From: an uncultured Actinomycetes bacterium
Lineage (GTDB): Bacteria; Actinomycetota; UBA4738; HRBIN12
Reading direction: 5' to 3'
DNA length: 64,000 nt
Assembly: GCA_963731925.1 (NCBI GenBank)
Contig: CAVSXK010000026.1
Span: forward strand, 94,265 to 158,264
Translations under genes and position numbers: made by a program
Shown: positions 31,165-40,116 of the stretch, in pieces
Layout of the letters: the number at the start of each line of letters is the position of its first letter
Position numbering within the stretch: the first letter of the stretch is position 1
Notes under the pieces: model-generated
The model's input: the letters and a program-made list of their open reading frames with translations, nothing else
Told to the model about the DNA's origin: nothing
The model's database searches: none

Positions 31165-32938
31165 TTGATCGAGGCCCGCTTCGACGACCTGGTCGCCGGC
31201 GCCGAACGCGCGTTCCGGCTGGTCGAGCCCGTCGGCGTCATCGAGGCCCGCCGGTCGGGTGAGGTCGCCGGCGCGATCGAGGCCGCCGGGTCCGCGGCCG
31301 CCCGCGGGCTGTGGGCGGCGGGGTTCGTCGCGTACGAGGCGGCGCCCGGCCTCGACCCCGAGCTCTCGGTCCGCGTTCGAGCACCGGACGATCCCTTCGC
31401 CGAGCTGCCGCTCGCCTGGTTCGCGCTGTTCGAACGCAAGGAGGACGTCCCGCCGCTCGAACCCGCTACGCACCGAGCCTCCCCCGGCCGCCGGCTCGCC
31501 GTGGCGGCCGAGCGTCGACCGCGCGACCTATGACGCGGCTGTCGAACGCATCCGCGAGCTGATCGCCGCCGGCCACACCTACCAGGTGAACCACACGATC
31601 CGGCTCCGGGCCGTCATCCACGGCGACGAGCGAGGGTTCTACCGAGACCTGTGCCTCGCGCAGCGAGGTGGATACGCGGCGTTCCTCGACCTGGGGCGTT
31701 ACCGCGTCCTGTCGGCGTCGCCGGAGCTCTTCTTCCGGATCGACGGCGATCGGATCACCACCCGTCCGATGAAGGGAACGGCGCCACGCGGGCGATGGCT
31801 CGCGGAGGACGAGGACATCGCCGAGACGCTCATGGCCTCGTCGAAGGACCGCGCGGAGAACGCCATGATCGTCGACCTGCTCCGCAACGACCTCGGCCGG
31901 ATCTGCCGAACGGGATCGGTCGAGGTGGAACGCATGCTCGAGGCCGAACGGTACGAGACGGTGTGGCAGCTGACCTCGACGATCGAGGGCAACCTGCGTC
32001 CCGAGATCACCCTGCTCGACGCGTTCCGAGCGCTCTTCCCGAGCGGCTCGATCACCGGCGCCCCGAAAGTGCGGACCACCAGGATCATCGCGGACCTCGA
32101 GGACTCGGCTCGAGGACCGTATTGCGGCGCGATCGGCTACCTCGCGCCGTCCGGATCGGGTGAGCCACGGGCGAACTTCAACGTCGCGATCCGCACCGTC
32201 GTCCTCGACGCCCAGACCCGGACGGCCGAGTACGGCGTCGGAGGCGGCGTCACCCACGACTCGTCGGCCTCGGGCGAGTACGACGAGGTGGTCGCGAAGG
32301 CGCGCGTGTTGACCGACGTGCGTCCCGCGTTCGAGCTGTTCGAGGCCGTCGCGCACGCGCCTGCCGAAGGGTTCCGGCACCTCGACGAGCACCTCGAGCG
32401 GATGGCGGCGTCCGCTCGCTACTTCGGGTTCCGGTTCGAGCCCGAAGAGGCGGCGGGAGCGCTCAAGCTCGCGGTCGCCGATGTCGCCGGTCCGTGCGTC
32501 GTCCGTCTGACGCTCGCGCGCGACGGAGCGCTGTCCACCCACGCTCGAGACCTGCCTCGCGGGAACGGCCCTGCAAGGGTGGCGCTCGACGACGAACCCG
32601 TGGATCCCTCGGACGTGTGGCTCTTCCACAAGACGACCCGTCGAGCCCCGTACGAACGGCGCCGGGACAAGCGTCCCGACGTCGACGACGTGGTGCTCGT
32701 CAACCTCCGGGGCGAGGTCACCGAGTCCACGATCGCGAACCTCGCCGTCAACCTCGCCGGCACCTGGGTGACCCCTCCCGCGGACGCGGGTCTGCTTGCC
32801 GGCACCCATCGCGCCGTCCTCGTGCGCGAGGGCCGCCTGACCGAGCGGCCCGTCACGATCGACGAGCTCCGGGGCGCATCCGAGATCGCCCTCGTGAGCT
32901 CGGTCCGCGGATGGCGTGCGGCGGTGCTCGTCCCGTGA
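31165..32938 (+). CDS. pabB: Aminodeoxychorismate synthase component I fused to ADC-lyase-like domain; +1 frameshift near 31463-31485
   Basis: [52 protein letters not shown]; C-terminal class IV domain HKTT..ESTIAN..GLLAG. Confidence 0.88.
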
Positions 32939-33183
32939 CCGACGACGTCCACACGGTCCACCTCGGTGCCTACACGCACGAGCACGCCGAAGCCATCGCG
33001 GGCCAGCTCGAGAAGGCGGGCATCGTCTGGTGGTACAAGGCGCCCGGCTTCTTCAGCCAGATCTGGGAACAAAGCGTTTGGCTGTTCGTCGACCGAACCC
33101 GGCTGGAGGAAGCTCAAGCGATCGCGGATCGGGTCCTGGCCGCTCAGCCCGACGGCGACGGTTCCTCGTCGGGCCAGACGTAG
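32935..33183 (+). CDS. Small hypothetical protein (82 aa), possibly DUF2007-like
   Basis: GTGA overlap with the pabB stop; EHAEAIAGQLEKAGI..V.LFVD..RLEEAQAI pattern. Confidence 0.6.
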   Translation: MTDDVHTVHLGAYTHEHAEAIAGQLEKAGIVWWYKAPGFFSQIWEQSVWLFVDRTRLEEAQAIADRVLAAQPDGDGSSSGQT

Positions 33184-33317
33184 GGACGCATCCGGTCCTG
33201 GTCCAGCGGACAGGCGCACAGCGGGCATCGCGGAGGATCCTCGTACACGAGCACATCGCGCTCGCAATAGGGACACTCGGTCTCCCGCATCTCCGGAGTT
33301 CCCAACTCATATGGCAT
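33144..33317 (-). CDS. Small zinc-ribbon protein (57 aa; alternative start 33290)
   Basis: CPYC-x12-CPLC; purine-rich RBS upstream. Confidence 0.55.
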   Translation of the reverse strand: MPYELGTPEMRETECPYCERDVLVYEDPPRCPLCACPLDQDRMRPYVWPDEEPSPSG

Positions 33318-33382
33318 GGCCGTCCGCCTCTTCCTCGGAGGAGCGGTCTGCTGGAGTTGTCGGGAACGACCGAGTCGCCCTT

Positions 33383-33422
33383 GATGAGACGTTGTCCCTA
33401 GAGATGAGACGTTGTCCCTAGA
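33383..33422. repeat. Exact 20-bp tandem duplication GATGAGACGTTGTCCCTAGA x2
   Basis: Units at 33383-33402 and 33403-33422, read directly. Confidence 0.9.
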
Positions 33423-33424
33423 CC

Positions 33425-33455
33425 GGAAGCCCTCCCGCGAACGCGAGAGGGCTTC
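33425..33455 (-). terminator. GC-rich hairpin downstream of the 69-aa ORF
   Basis: GGAAGCC...GGCTTCC stem with inner CGCG-AA-CGCG; no U-tract. Confidence 0.5.
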
Positions 33456-33481
33456 CCCAGGGAAGGCGCGTAAACAGGGGC

Positions 33482-33691
33482 TTACGCGGCCTCCATCTCC
33501 TTGCGGCTCCTTCGCTTGCCGCGCGAGATGTACGTGTGCACGGGCTCGTGCTGCCAGCAGAAGTCCCACTTGTTGTAGATGGACAGCTTCGTGGTGCACC
33601 CCTCGGCGGCGCAGACGCGACCCCCGGGGTAGGTACGGTTGGCCCGAGGGAGCTCGCGGATGCGGGCTCCGCGGTATTCCGAGTCGGCCAT
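33482..33691 (-). CDS. Small Cys/His protein (69 aa), putative zinc finger with basic tail
   Basis: Strong RBS GAGGAGAGGAG; C-x4-C-x12-C-x2-H (CAAEGC..CWQH); RGKRRSRK tail. Confidence 0.7.
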   Translation of the reverse strand: MADSEYRGARIRELPRANRTYPGGRVCAAEGCTTKLSIYNKWDFCWQHEPVHTYISRGKRRSRKEMEAA

Positions 33692-33816
33692 CGCTCCTCT
33701 CCTCGCCTCGGTTCGAACACGCCTCGGGCACGCCGAGGCGTTCATGACGTCCATTCGAACCAACCGGGGGCCCGGTTCGTTCCCGAACACCCAGATCGAC
33801 GAGCCCCGGCGACCCG

Positions 33817-34308
33817 CTATCGGCCCTCGAGCCGCTCGAGCAGCGTCTTCGTCGGGCTGGTGAGCTGCACGACCCTGGTCGTGAACCCCAGGTCCTCCCA
33901 GAACTCCATCGCGCCCCGGTTGGGGGCGAAGGTCTTCAGCTCGACCCAGCGGACCCCCCGATCGGCGGCGAACCGGCCCGCCTCGTGTACGAGCTCCCTG
34001 CCCACCCCTCGGCCTCGGTAGCCGGCGCGAACGACCACCCCGGAGAGCTCGAGCGCGCGCTCGTCCGAGAAACGGGAGGGGGTTCGGGCCTCCCCGTACG
34101 CCATGCCCACGACCTCGCCGTCCTCGTCCTCCGCCACCAGCAGCACCGCGTCGGGGTCGCCCAGCGCCTCGCGGTACTTGGCGCCGACCTCGTCGTAGAA
34201 GCCGGGGCGCGGCGTGAAGACCCGCCAGTCGGCCTGCATCCGGTCGAGCTCCTGGAACAGCGCGACCAGGGACGGAACGTCCTCCGCCGTCGCCTGCCGG
34301 ACCCGCAC
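33817..34308 (-). CDS. GNAT family N-acetyltransferase
   Basis: VV....RGRGVGREL acetyl-CoA motif; N..A..FW..LGF. Confidence 0.85.
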   Translation of the reverse strand: MRVRQATAEDVPSLVALFQELDRMQADWRVFTPRPGFYDEVGAKYREALGDPDAVLLVAEDEDGEVVGMAYGEARTPSRFSDERALELSGVVVRAGYRGRGVGRELVHEAGRFAADRGVRWVELKTFAPNRGAMEFWEDLGFTTRVVQLTSPTKTLLERLEGR

Positions 34309-34309
34309 G

Positions 34310-35080
34310 CTACTTCCCCCCGAACCTGGGCTCGCGCTTCTCGAGGAAGGCTCGCATGCCCTCCTCCTGATCCCGGGTCGCGAACAGCGGCACGAAGACC
34401 TCGCGCTCGACCGCCAATCCCTCCGCGAGGCGACGGTCGGCCGCGGCCAGCGCGCGCTTGGCCGCCGCGTAGGCGAGCGATGGTCCCTCGGCGAACGAGC
34501 GAGCCTCGTGGGTCGCGAGGCCGTACACGTCCGCGGCCGGCGCGACCCGGTCCACGAGCCCGATGTCGAGCGCCTCGCCGGCGGGGAGGCGGCGGCCCGT
34601 GTAGATCAGGTCGCGGGCCCCAGCGAGACCCACGACGCGCGGGAGCCTCTGGGTCCCGCCCGAGCCCGGGATGATCCCCAGTTTGATCTCGGGCAGGCCG
34701 AGCTGGGCGTCTTGGGCCGCGTACCGGAAGTCGCAGGCCAGGGCCACCTCCAACCCGCCGCCGAGCGCGAACCCGTTGATCGCGGCGATCGTGATCTTCG
34801 GGATCGCCTCGAGGTCGCGACAGGCCTGCTCGAGGGCTCCGACGTCCGAGGCGATCTCGTCGGGCCCGTACCCGACCATCGCCTTGATGTCGGCCCCCGC
34901 CGCGAAGATCGTCTCCCCGCCCCAGACGACGACGGCGCCGATCGCGTCGTCGTCGGCCACCGCGCTCGCGGCATCGGAGAGCTCGAGGGAGACCGGGCGA
35001 GCGAGCGCGTTCGCCGGCGGGCGGTCGATCCGGATCGTGGCGACCGCGCCGTCGGTCTCGGTGCGCACGAACTCACCCAT
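34310..35080 (-). CDS. Enoyl-CoA hydratase/isomerase
   Basis: RPPANAL, FAAGADIK, AAINGFALGGGLE.ALACD.R, GLPEIKLGIIPG.GGTQRL. Confidence 0.92.
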   Translation of the reverse strand: MGEFVRTETDGAVATIRIDRPPANALARPVSLELSDAASAVADDDAIGAVVVWGGETIFAAGADIKAMVGYGPDEIASDVGALEQACRDLEAIPKITIAAINGFALGGGLEVALACDFRYAAQDAQLGLPEIKLGIIPGSGGTQRLPRVVGLAGARDLIYTGRRLPAGEALDIGLVDRVAPAADVYGLATHEARSFAEGPSLAYAAAKRALAAADRRLAEGLAVEREVFVPLFATRDQEEGMRAFLEKREPRFGGK

Positions 35081-35104
35081 GGCGGCCTATCCTCGCAGAC
35101 CACC

Positions 35105-35999
35105 GTGGAGCCGACCGCTCGAGAGATCGAGAACGTCCGCCGGGCGCTGCGTCACCCTCGTGCCGATCCCATCGCATGGGACGCCGTGACTGCCGGCGGG
35201 TACACGCCGGCCCACCGCTGGGTGGTGACGCTCGATGATGGGCGAACCGTGTTCGCCAAGGTCGCGACGGACGAGATGACTGCCAGCTGGCTCCGAGACG
35301 AGCACGTCGTCTACTCGGTGCTGCGGGGCGCCTCGTTCATGCCCGGCTACGTGGGATTCTCCGACGACGGGGACAACCCCGTGCTGGTGCTGGAGGACCT
35401 TTCCGCCGCATACTGGCCCCCACCCTGGACCACGCCCGCGGATCGAGGGCCTGCTCGCCGCGTTGCGGGAGATGTGGTCCACGCCACCACCCGAACGGAC
35501 CGCTCGCGCCGCTGACGACGCGCGTGAGATCTCGGGTGGCTGGGAGGAGATCGCTCGAGCTCCCGAGGGCTTCCTCTCGCTCGGTCTGTGCTCGGCGGAG
35601 TGGTTGTCCACGCACATGGAGGCGCTGCGCGACTCGGCGAACGGCGCGCGGTTCGATGGCGACGCGTTCCTCCACTTCGACGTGCGGAGCGACAACGTGT
35701 GCTTCCGACCGGGCGGGGACGCCGTCCTCGTCGATTGGAACCTCACCGCCGTGGGCAACCCCCAGATCGACGTCGTGTTCTGGCTCCCGTCGCTCGCCGC
35801 CGAGGGCGGTCCCGCACCGGAGGTGGTCCTGCCCGACGCTCAGCCGGGTCTCGTCTCGGCGTGCGCGAGCTTCTTCTGCGCCCGAGCCGGACGACCTCCG
35901 ATCCCGACCGCCCCTCGCGTGCGCGAGGTGCAACTGGTCCAGGCTCGGACGGCCCTTCCTTGGGCGGCGAGAGTGATCGGCCTCCCGCAGCCCCTCTAG
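35105..35999 (+). CDS. Aminoglycoside phosphotransferase/choline kinase-like protein; +1 frameshift near 35436
   Basis: VFAK (N-lobe), LVLEDL, HFDVRSDN catalytic loop, LVDW; halves lie in ORFs 34214-35515 and 35463-35999. Confidence 0.75.
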
Positions 36000-36007
36000 C
36001 CCATCCA

Positions 36008-36033
36008 TTGCACCTGCAACTCACTGCTACAAT
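36008..36033 (+). promoter_or_regulatory. Leaderless promoter (extended -10 TGcTACAAT) overlapped by a GCA-N6-TGC candidate operator
   Basis: TACAAT at 36028-36033, 6 nt before GTG 36040; CTGCAACTCACTGCTA at 36014-36029. Confidence 0.55.
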
Positions 36034-36039
36034 CGCCGC

Positions 36040-36483
36040 GTGGCAACGCAGCCGAACACCGACGTGATCTCGGCGCTCCGCGAACGCGGGCTCCGGATGA
36101 CCCCTCAGCGGCGCGCCATCGTCGCCGAGATCATGCGCACCCAGGGCCACATCTCGCCGACCGCGCTCGCCCGGAAGGTCCAGGGCGACATGCCGGGCGT
36201 GAACGCCTCGACGATCTACCGGACGCTCTCGCTGCTGGAGGAGATGGGGGTCCTGGCCCACGCCCATCTGGAGACCGGCGCCGAGTACCACCGTGCCGAG
36301 GAGGCCGGCCACGTGCACCTCACGTGCTCCAACTGCGGGGCCGAGGACGACCTGTCGATCGAGGAGGCCGACGCGCTCGTCCACCTGATCGAACGGCACC
36401 ACGGCTTCGAGCCCGACCTCACCCACTTCGCGATCGGCGGCCTCTGTGCCGACTGCGGGAAGGCGCGCGGCGCCGCGGGTTGA
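36040..36483 (+). CDS. nur: Fur-family regulator, Nur-like
   Basis: RMTPQR, STIYRTL.LLEE.G, HAHL, HVHL.C..C, HFAI.G.C..C; the HAHL and HFAI histidines match my recollection of the Streptomyces Nur nickel site. Confidence 0.8.
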   Translation: MATQPNTDVISALRERGLRMTPQRRAIVAEIMRTQGHISPTALARKVQGDMPGVNASTIYRTLSLLEEMGVLAHAHLETGAEYHRAEEAGHVHLTCSNCGAEDDLSIEEADALVHLIERHHGFEPDLTHFAIGGLCADCGKARGAAG

Positions 36484-36486
36484 TGC

Positions 36487-37380
36487 CTACCCGCCGAAGA
36501 AGGCGGGCAGGACGGCATCCTTCCCGAACAGGAACAAGGTCCCGACCACCAGGCTCGCCGTCGCCGTGAGGACCGCGATCGTGACGTAGAGGGTCCAGTT
36601 CTTCGACGCGGTCACGAAGCCGAACGCGGACCCGAGCGTGATGAGGGTGTTCGACGCGAGCAGGCCGATCAGGAAGACGACGAGGATGAGGACGCCGGCC
36701 ACCGGCCCGCCTGCTCCCGCCGCCGTGAGGAAGATGACCACCTGCGTCGGGGTCTCCGCTCCGATCCCGTGGAGCATCCCGACGCCGAACGCCGTTCCTC
36801 GCCCGTAGTTCATGAACGCGTCATCGGTCGGTTCGGGGTGCTTGTGATGATGGTGGCCGGGCCGCCCGTGATGGCCGTGATGCCATTCGGACACGGGGAT
36901 GTCCTCCGCGACCGCCACCGATACGGTGCCCGCCTGATCCGCGTGTCGATGCACCGGCTCCAGCTCGTGGGCCTCACGTCGGCGCCCTCCGCGGAGCCTG
37001 CGGTACGCCCCATGCACTCCGCTGAAGATCAGCATCCATCGGCTCCGCATCCGGAACTCGCGCCCGTGGCGCACCAGCGCCGCGAAGACGTAGATCCCGA
37101 GCGCGATGAGGGTGACGCCGACGATCCGTCCCATGACCTCGTCCACGCCTTCGGGGAGCCTCGCCCCGAGGGCGATCGCCACCACGCCGATCACGAGCAC
37201 GACGAGTGCGTGTCCGAGCGCGTAGATCGTGCCGTACTCGAGCGCCCGACCCCGCTCCTCCTGTGAGCTGGTGATGTCGGTGATCGCGGCGATGTGATCC
37301 CAGTCGATGCCGTGCCGGAACCCGAACAGGAAGCCGGACACGACGATGCCGATCCCCAGGGCCTCCGTGGCAGCGAGCAT
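36487..37380 (-). CDS. NiCoT/HoxN-related nickel/cobalt transporter
   Basis: FGFRHGIDWDHIAAI (RHxxDxDH signature), His-rich loop HHGHHGRPGHHHHKH, GMLHGIG.ETPTQ. Confidence 0.85.
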   Translation of the reverse strand: MLAATEALGIGIVVSGFLFGFRHGIDWDHIAAITDITSSQEERGRALEYGTIYALGHALVVLVIGVVAIALGARLPEGVDEVMGRIVGVTLIALGIYVFAALVRHGREFRMRSRWMLIFSGVHGAYRRLRGGRRREAHELEPVHRHADQAGTVSVAVAEDIPVSEWHHGHHGRPGHHHHKHPEPTDDAFMNYGRGTAFGVGMLHGIGAETPTQVVIFLTAAGAGGPVAGVLILVVFLIGLLASNTLITLGSAFGFVTASKNWTLYVTIAVLTATASLVVGTLFLFGKDAVLPAFFGG

Positions 37381-37436
37381 GACGTCCCGGTCCTTCCTAG
37401 ATCCGGAGCCCCATGTAAGCACGCTGACGCACTATC

Positions 37437-37460
37437 TGGCAACTGCGTGCTCTTGCAACT
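37437..37460. promoter_or_regulatory. Candidate metal-regulator operator upstream of NiCoT
   Basis: GCAACT-gcg-TGCT (37439-37451) matches GCAACT-cac-TGCT (36016-36028) in the regulator's own promoter. Confidence 0.4.
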
Positions 37461-37482
37461 AGGTTATTGGCCGGCGCGGCGG

Positions 37483-39126
37483 TCAGAACCGAGGCGTCTC
37501 GGTGTAGGAGCCGAACACCCGTCGCAGGGCGTCGACGATCTCGCCCTCGGTGCACAGCGCTCGGGCGCAGTCCACGAGCGGCTCGACCAGGTTCGCGTCG
37601 GTGGCGGCAAGACCCTCCAGGCGGGCGAGCGCCGCCCGGGCGGCCGGCGCGTCCCGGCGCTCGCGGACCTCGCGAACCCGCGCGATCTGCAGGGGCTCGA
37701 TCTCGTGGGAGATCTCCAGGATCTCGACCGGCTGGTCAATGGTGTCGACGTGATCGGTGACGCCGACCTTCACCAGATCACCCCGCTCGAACCGCTCCTG
37801 CTCGCCGAACGCCGACTCGGCGATCGCCTGCTGGAAGACCCCGCGCTCGATCCCGGTGAGCACACCCTCGAGCATCGAGCCCTCGCCCATCGCGAGGATC
37901 CGGGCGAACTCGGCCTCGGCAAGCTCCTCCATCCGATCGGTGAGGGTCTCGAGGAAGTAGGAGCCGCCGAGCGGGTCGATGACGTCCGGCACGCCGGTCT
38001 CGTGCGCGATGATCTGCTGGGTCCGGAGGGCGAGCTTCGCGGCCTCCTCGGTCGGCAGCGCCAACACCTCATCCAGCGCGTTCGTGTGCAGCGACTGCGT
38101 GCCGCCGAGAACGGCGGCCAGGGCCTCGATCGCCGTTCGGACGACGTTGTTCATCGGCTGCTGGGCCGTGAGCGAGACGCCCGCGGTCTGCGTGTGGAAC
38201 CGCAGGCGCATGGACGACTCGTCCTTCGCGCCGTACCGCTCCTTCAGCCACCGCGCCCAGATCCGTCGGGCGGCGCGGTACTTGGCGATCTCCTCGAAGA
38301 AGTCGATGTGCGCGTTGAAGAAGAACGACAGCCCCGGAGCGAACCGGTCGACGTCAAGGCCGCGGTCGAGGCCGAGTTCGACGTACGCGAACCCGTCGGC
38401 GAGCGTGTAGGCGAGCTCCTGCCACGCGTTCGCCCCCGCCTCGCGGATGTGGTACCCGGAGACGCTGATCGGATGCCACCTCGGAACGCGCTCGAGACAG
38501 AACGCCATGAGGTCGCCGATCAGCCGCAAGTGCGGCCTCGGCGGGAAGATCCACTCCTTCTGAGCGATGTACTCCTTCAGGATGTCCGTCTGCAGCGTCC
38601 CGTCCAGGCGATCCCACGGCACCCCCTGGCGTTCGGCGGCGGCGAGGAAGAAGGCGAACACGACGACGGCCGGGCCGCTGATCGTCATGGAGGTCGAGAT
38701 GTCGCCGAGCGGGATCGCGTCGAACAGCTGCTCGAAGTCCTCGAGCGTGTCGGTCGCCACGCCGCAGCGACCCACCTCGCCCTCGGCGAGCGGATCGTCC
38801 GAGTCGCGGCCCATGAGCGTCGGCATGTCGAACGCCACCGACAGGCCTCCCTGGCCTCGCTCGAGCAGGAACCGGTAGCGGTCGTTGGTCTCGGCGGCCG
38901 AGCCGAAGCCCGCGAACTGCCGCATCGTCCACAGCCGCCCCCGGTACATCGAGGGGTACACGCCACGGGTGAACGGATAGGCGCCCGGTCGTCCGAGCTT
39001 GGCCTCGTGGTCGAACCCCGCCAGGTCCGCCGGCGTGTACAGCGGCTCGAGCGGCTCTCCCGACAACGTCAGGGCCTCCGCTGGTTCAGCTCCCTGCGCC
39101 GGGCGTCGTTCACGCTGCTCGACCAT
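37483..39126 (-). CDS. icmA: B12-dependent acyl-CoA mutase large subunit, isobutyryl-CoA mutase type
   Basis: WTMRQFAGF (Phe, not Tyr), [12 protein letters not shown] (Gln, not Arg), [39 protein letters not shown]; no B12-binding domain. ATG 39126 after GAGGAGG. Confidence 0.82.
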   Translation of the reverse strand: MVEQRERRPAQGAEPAEALTLSGEPLEPLYTPADLAGFDHEAKLGRPGAYPFTRGVYPSMYRGRLWTMRQFAGFGSAAETNDRYRFLLERGQGGLSVAFDMPTLMGRDSDDPLAEGEVGRCGVATDTLEDFEQLFDAIPLGDISTSMTISGPAVVVFAFFLAAAERQGVPWDRLDGTLQTDILKEYIAQKEWIFPPRPHLRLIGDLMAFCLERVPRWHPISVSGYHIREAGANAWQELAYTLADGFAYVELGLDRGLDVDRFAPGLSFFFNAHIDFFEEIAKYRAARRIWARWLKERYGAKDESSMRLRFHTQTAGVSLTAQQPMNNVVRTAIEALAAVLGGTQSLHTNALDEVLALPTEEAAKLALRTQQIIAHETGVPDVIDPLGGSYFLETLTDRMEELAEAEFARILAMGEGSMLEGVLTGIERGVFQQAIAESAFGEQERFERGDLVKVGVTDHVDTIDQPVEILEISHEIEPLQIARVREVRERRDAPAARAALARLEGLAATDANLVEPLVDCARALCTEGEIVDALRRVFGSYTETPRF

Positions 39127-39158
39127 CGGCCTCCTCGGTGACAGGGCTCGGGAAGGGG

Positions 39159-40091
39159 TCACGGACCCCCGGCGATCCGTTCCTCAAGGATAGCCGCGGT
39201 TCGGTAGGGATCGGTCCGCCGCTCGACGAGGTCGTCCACGAGCGAGCCGTCCTCGCCCAGCAGCTCGCGAGCGCGGCCTCGGAGCCCCTCGAGCGCGAGG
39301 CTCTCGACCTCCCTCAGCAGGCGATCCCGCCGCCCGCGCGCGAGCTCGCCCGAGGACTCGAGATGCGCTCGATGCGCCTCCACCGCGGTCCAGAGATCGT
39401 CGACGCCCTCGGCCGCGGTGGCGGTCGTCGGGACGACGGGCGGGGTCCACGGCATCTCGGGGCCCATCCGGAGCATCTGCTGGAGGTCGCGCACCGCCAC
39501 GTCGGCACCCTCGCGATCGGCCTTGTTGACGACGAAGATGTCCGCGATCTCGAGGATCCCGGCCTTCGCGACCTGGACCGCGTCGCCCCACCCGGGCGAC
39601 ACCACCACCACCGTCGTGTCGGTCGCGGCAGCGACGTCCACCTCGGCCTGACCCACGCCCACGGTCTCGACGATCACGAGGTCACGGCCCGAAGCGTCGA
39701 GCACACGGATCGCCTCGGGAGCCGCGAGCGCCATCCCACCGAGATGACCTCGGGTGGCCATCGATCGGATGAACACGCCGGGATCGGTCGCGTGGGCCTG
39801 CATCCGGAGGCGATCGCCGAGCAGCGCGCCCCCCGAGAGCGGCGACGTCGGATCGATCGCGAGCACCGCGACCGAGACGTCTCGGGCTCGGGCCGCGCCC
39901 ACCAGCTCGCCCGCGATCGTCGACTTGCCGACGCCCGGCGAACCGGTGAGGCCGATCGTGGAGGCGCGGCCGGTGTGCCCGAACAGCCCTGCGGAGAGCT
40001 CGTCGAGGCCCTCGGCGCCGTCTTCGACCATCGAGATCGCTCGGGCGATCGCCCGGGCATCGCCCGCGAGGACGTCGTCGGTCAGGCTCAC
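39159..40091 (-). CDS. meaB: MeaB/ArgK-type acyl-CoA mutase-associated GTPase
   Basis: [52 protein letters not shown]. Confidence 0.92.
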   Translation of the reverse strand: MSLTDDVLAGDARAIARAISMVEDGAEGLDELSAGLFGHTGRASTIGLTGSPGVGKSTIAGELVGAARARDVSVAVLAIDPTSPLSGGALLGDRLRMQAHATDPGVFIRSMATRGHLGGMALAAPEAIRVLDASGRDLVIVETVGVGQAEVDVAAATDTTVVVVSPGWGDAVQVAKAGILEIADIFVVNKADREGADVAVRDLQQMLRMGPEMPWTPPVVPTTATAAEGVDDLWTAVEAHRAHLESSGELARGRRDRLLREVESLALEGLRGRARELLGEDGSLVDDLVERRTDPYRTAAILEERIAGGP

Positions 40092-40116
40092 GGCCGAAGC
40101 CTACCGAGACGCATGC

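Noticed and set aside
33383-33422. CRISPR array
   Set aside because: Only two adjacent units, no spacers and no cas genes.
33710-33765. tRNA gene suggested by GGTTCGAA
   Set aside because: No cloverleaf, acceptor stem or D-arm can be built.
33710-33800. LexA/SOS boxes (several TCGAAC and GTTCG half-sites)
   Set aside because: No pair has the required N4 spacing with a good second half; the repeats are better explained as RNA stems.
35105-35999. Aminoglycoside resistance gene
   Set aside because: Only generic kinase-fold motifs; no mobile or resistance context, so the substrate cannot be assigned.
37381-37482. Cobalamin riboswitch before the NiCoT gene
   Set aside because: The gap is only 102 bp and lacks B12-box motifs.
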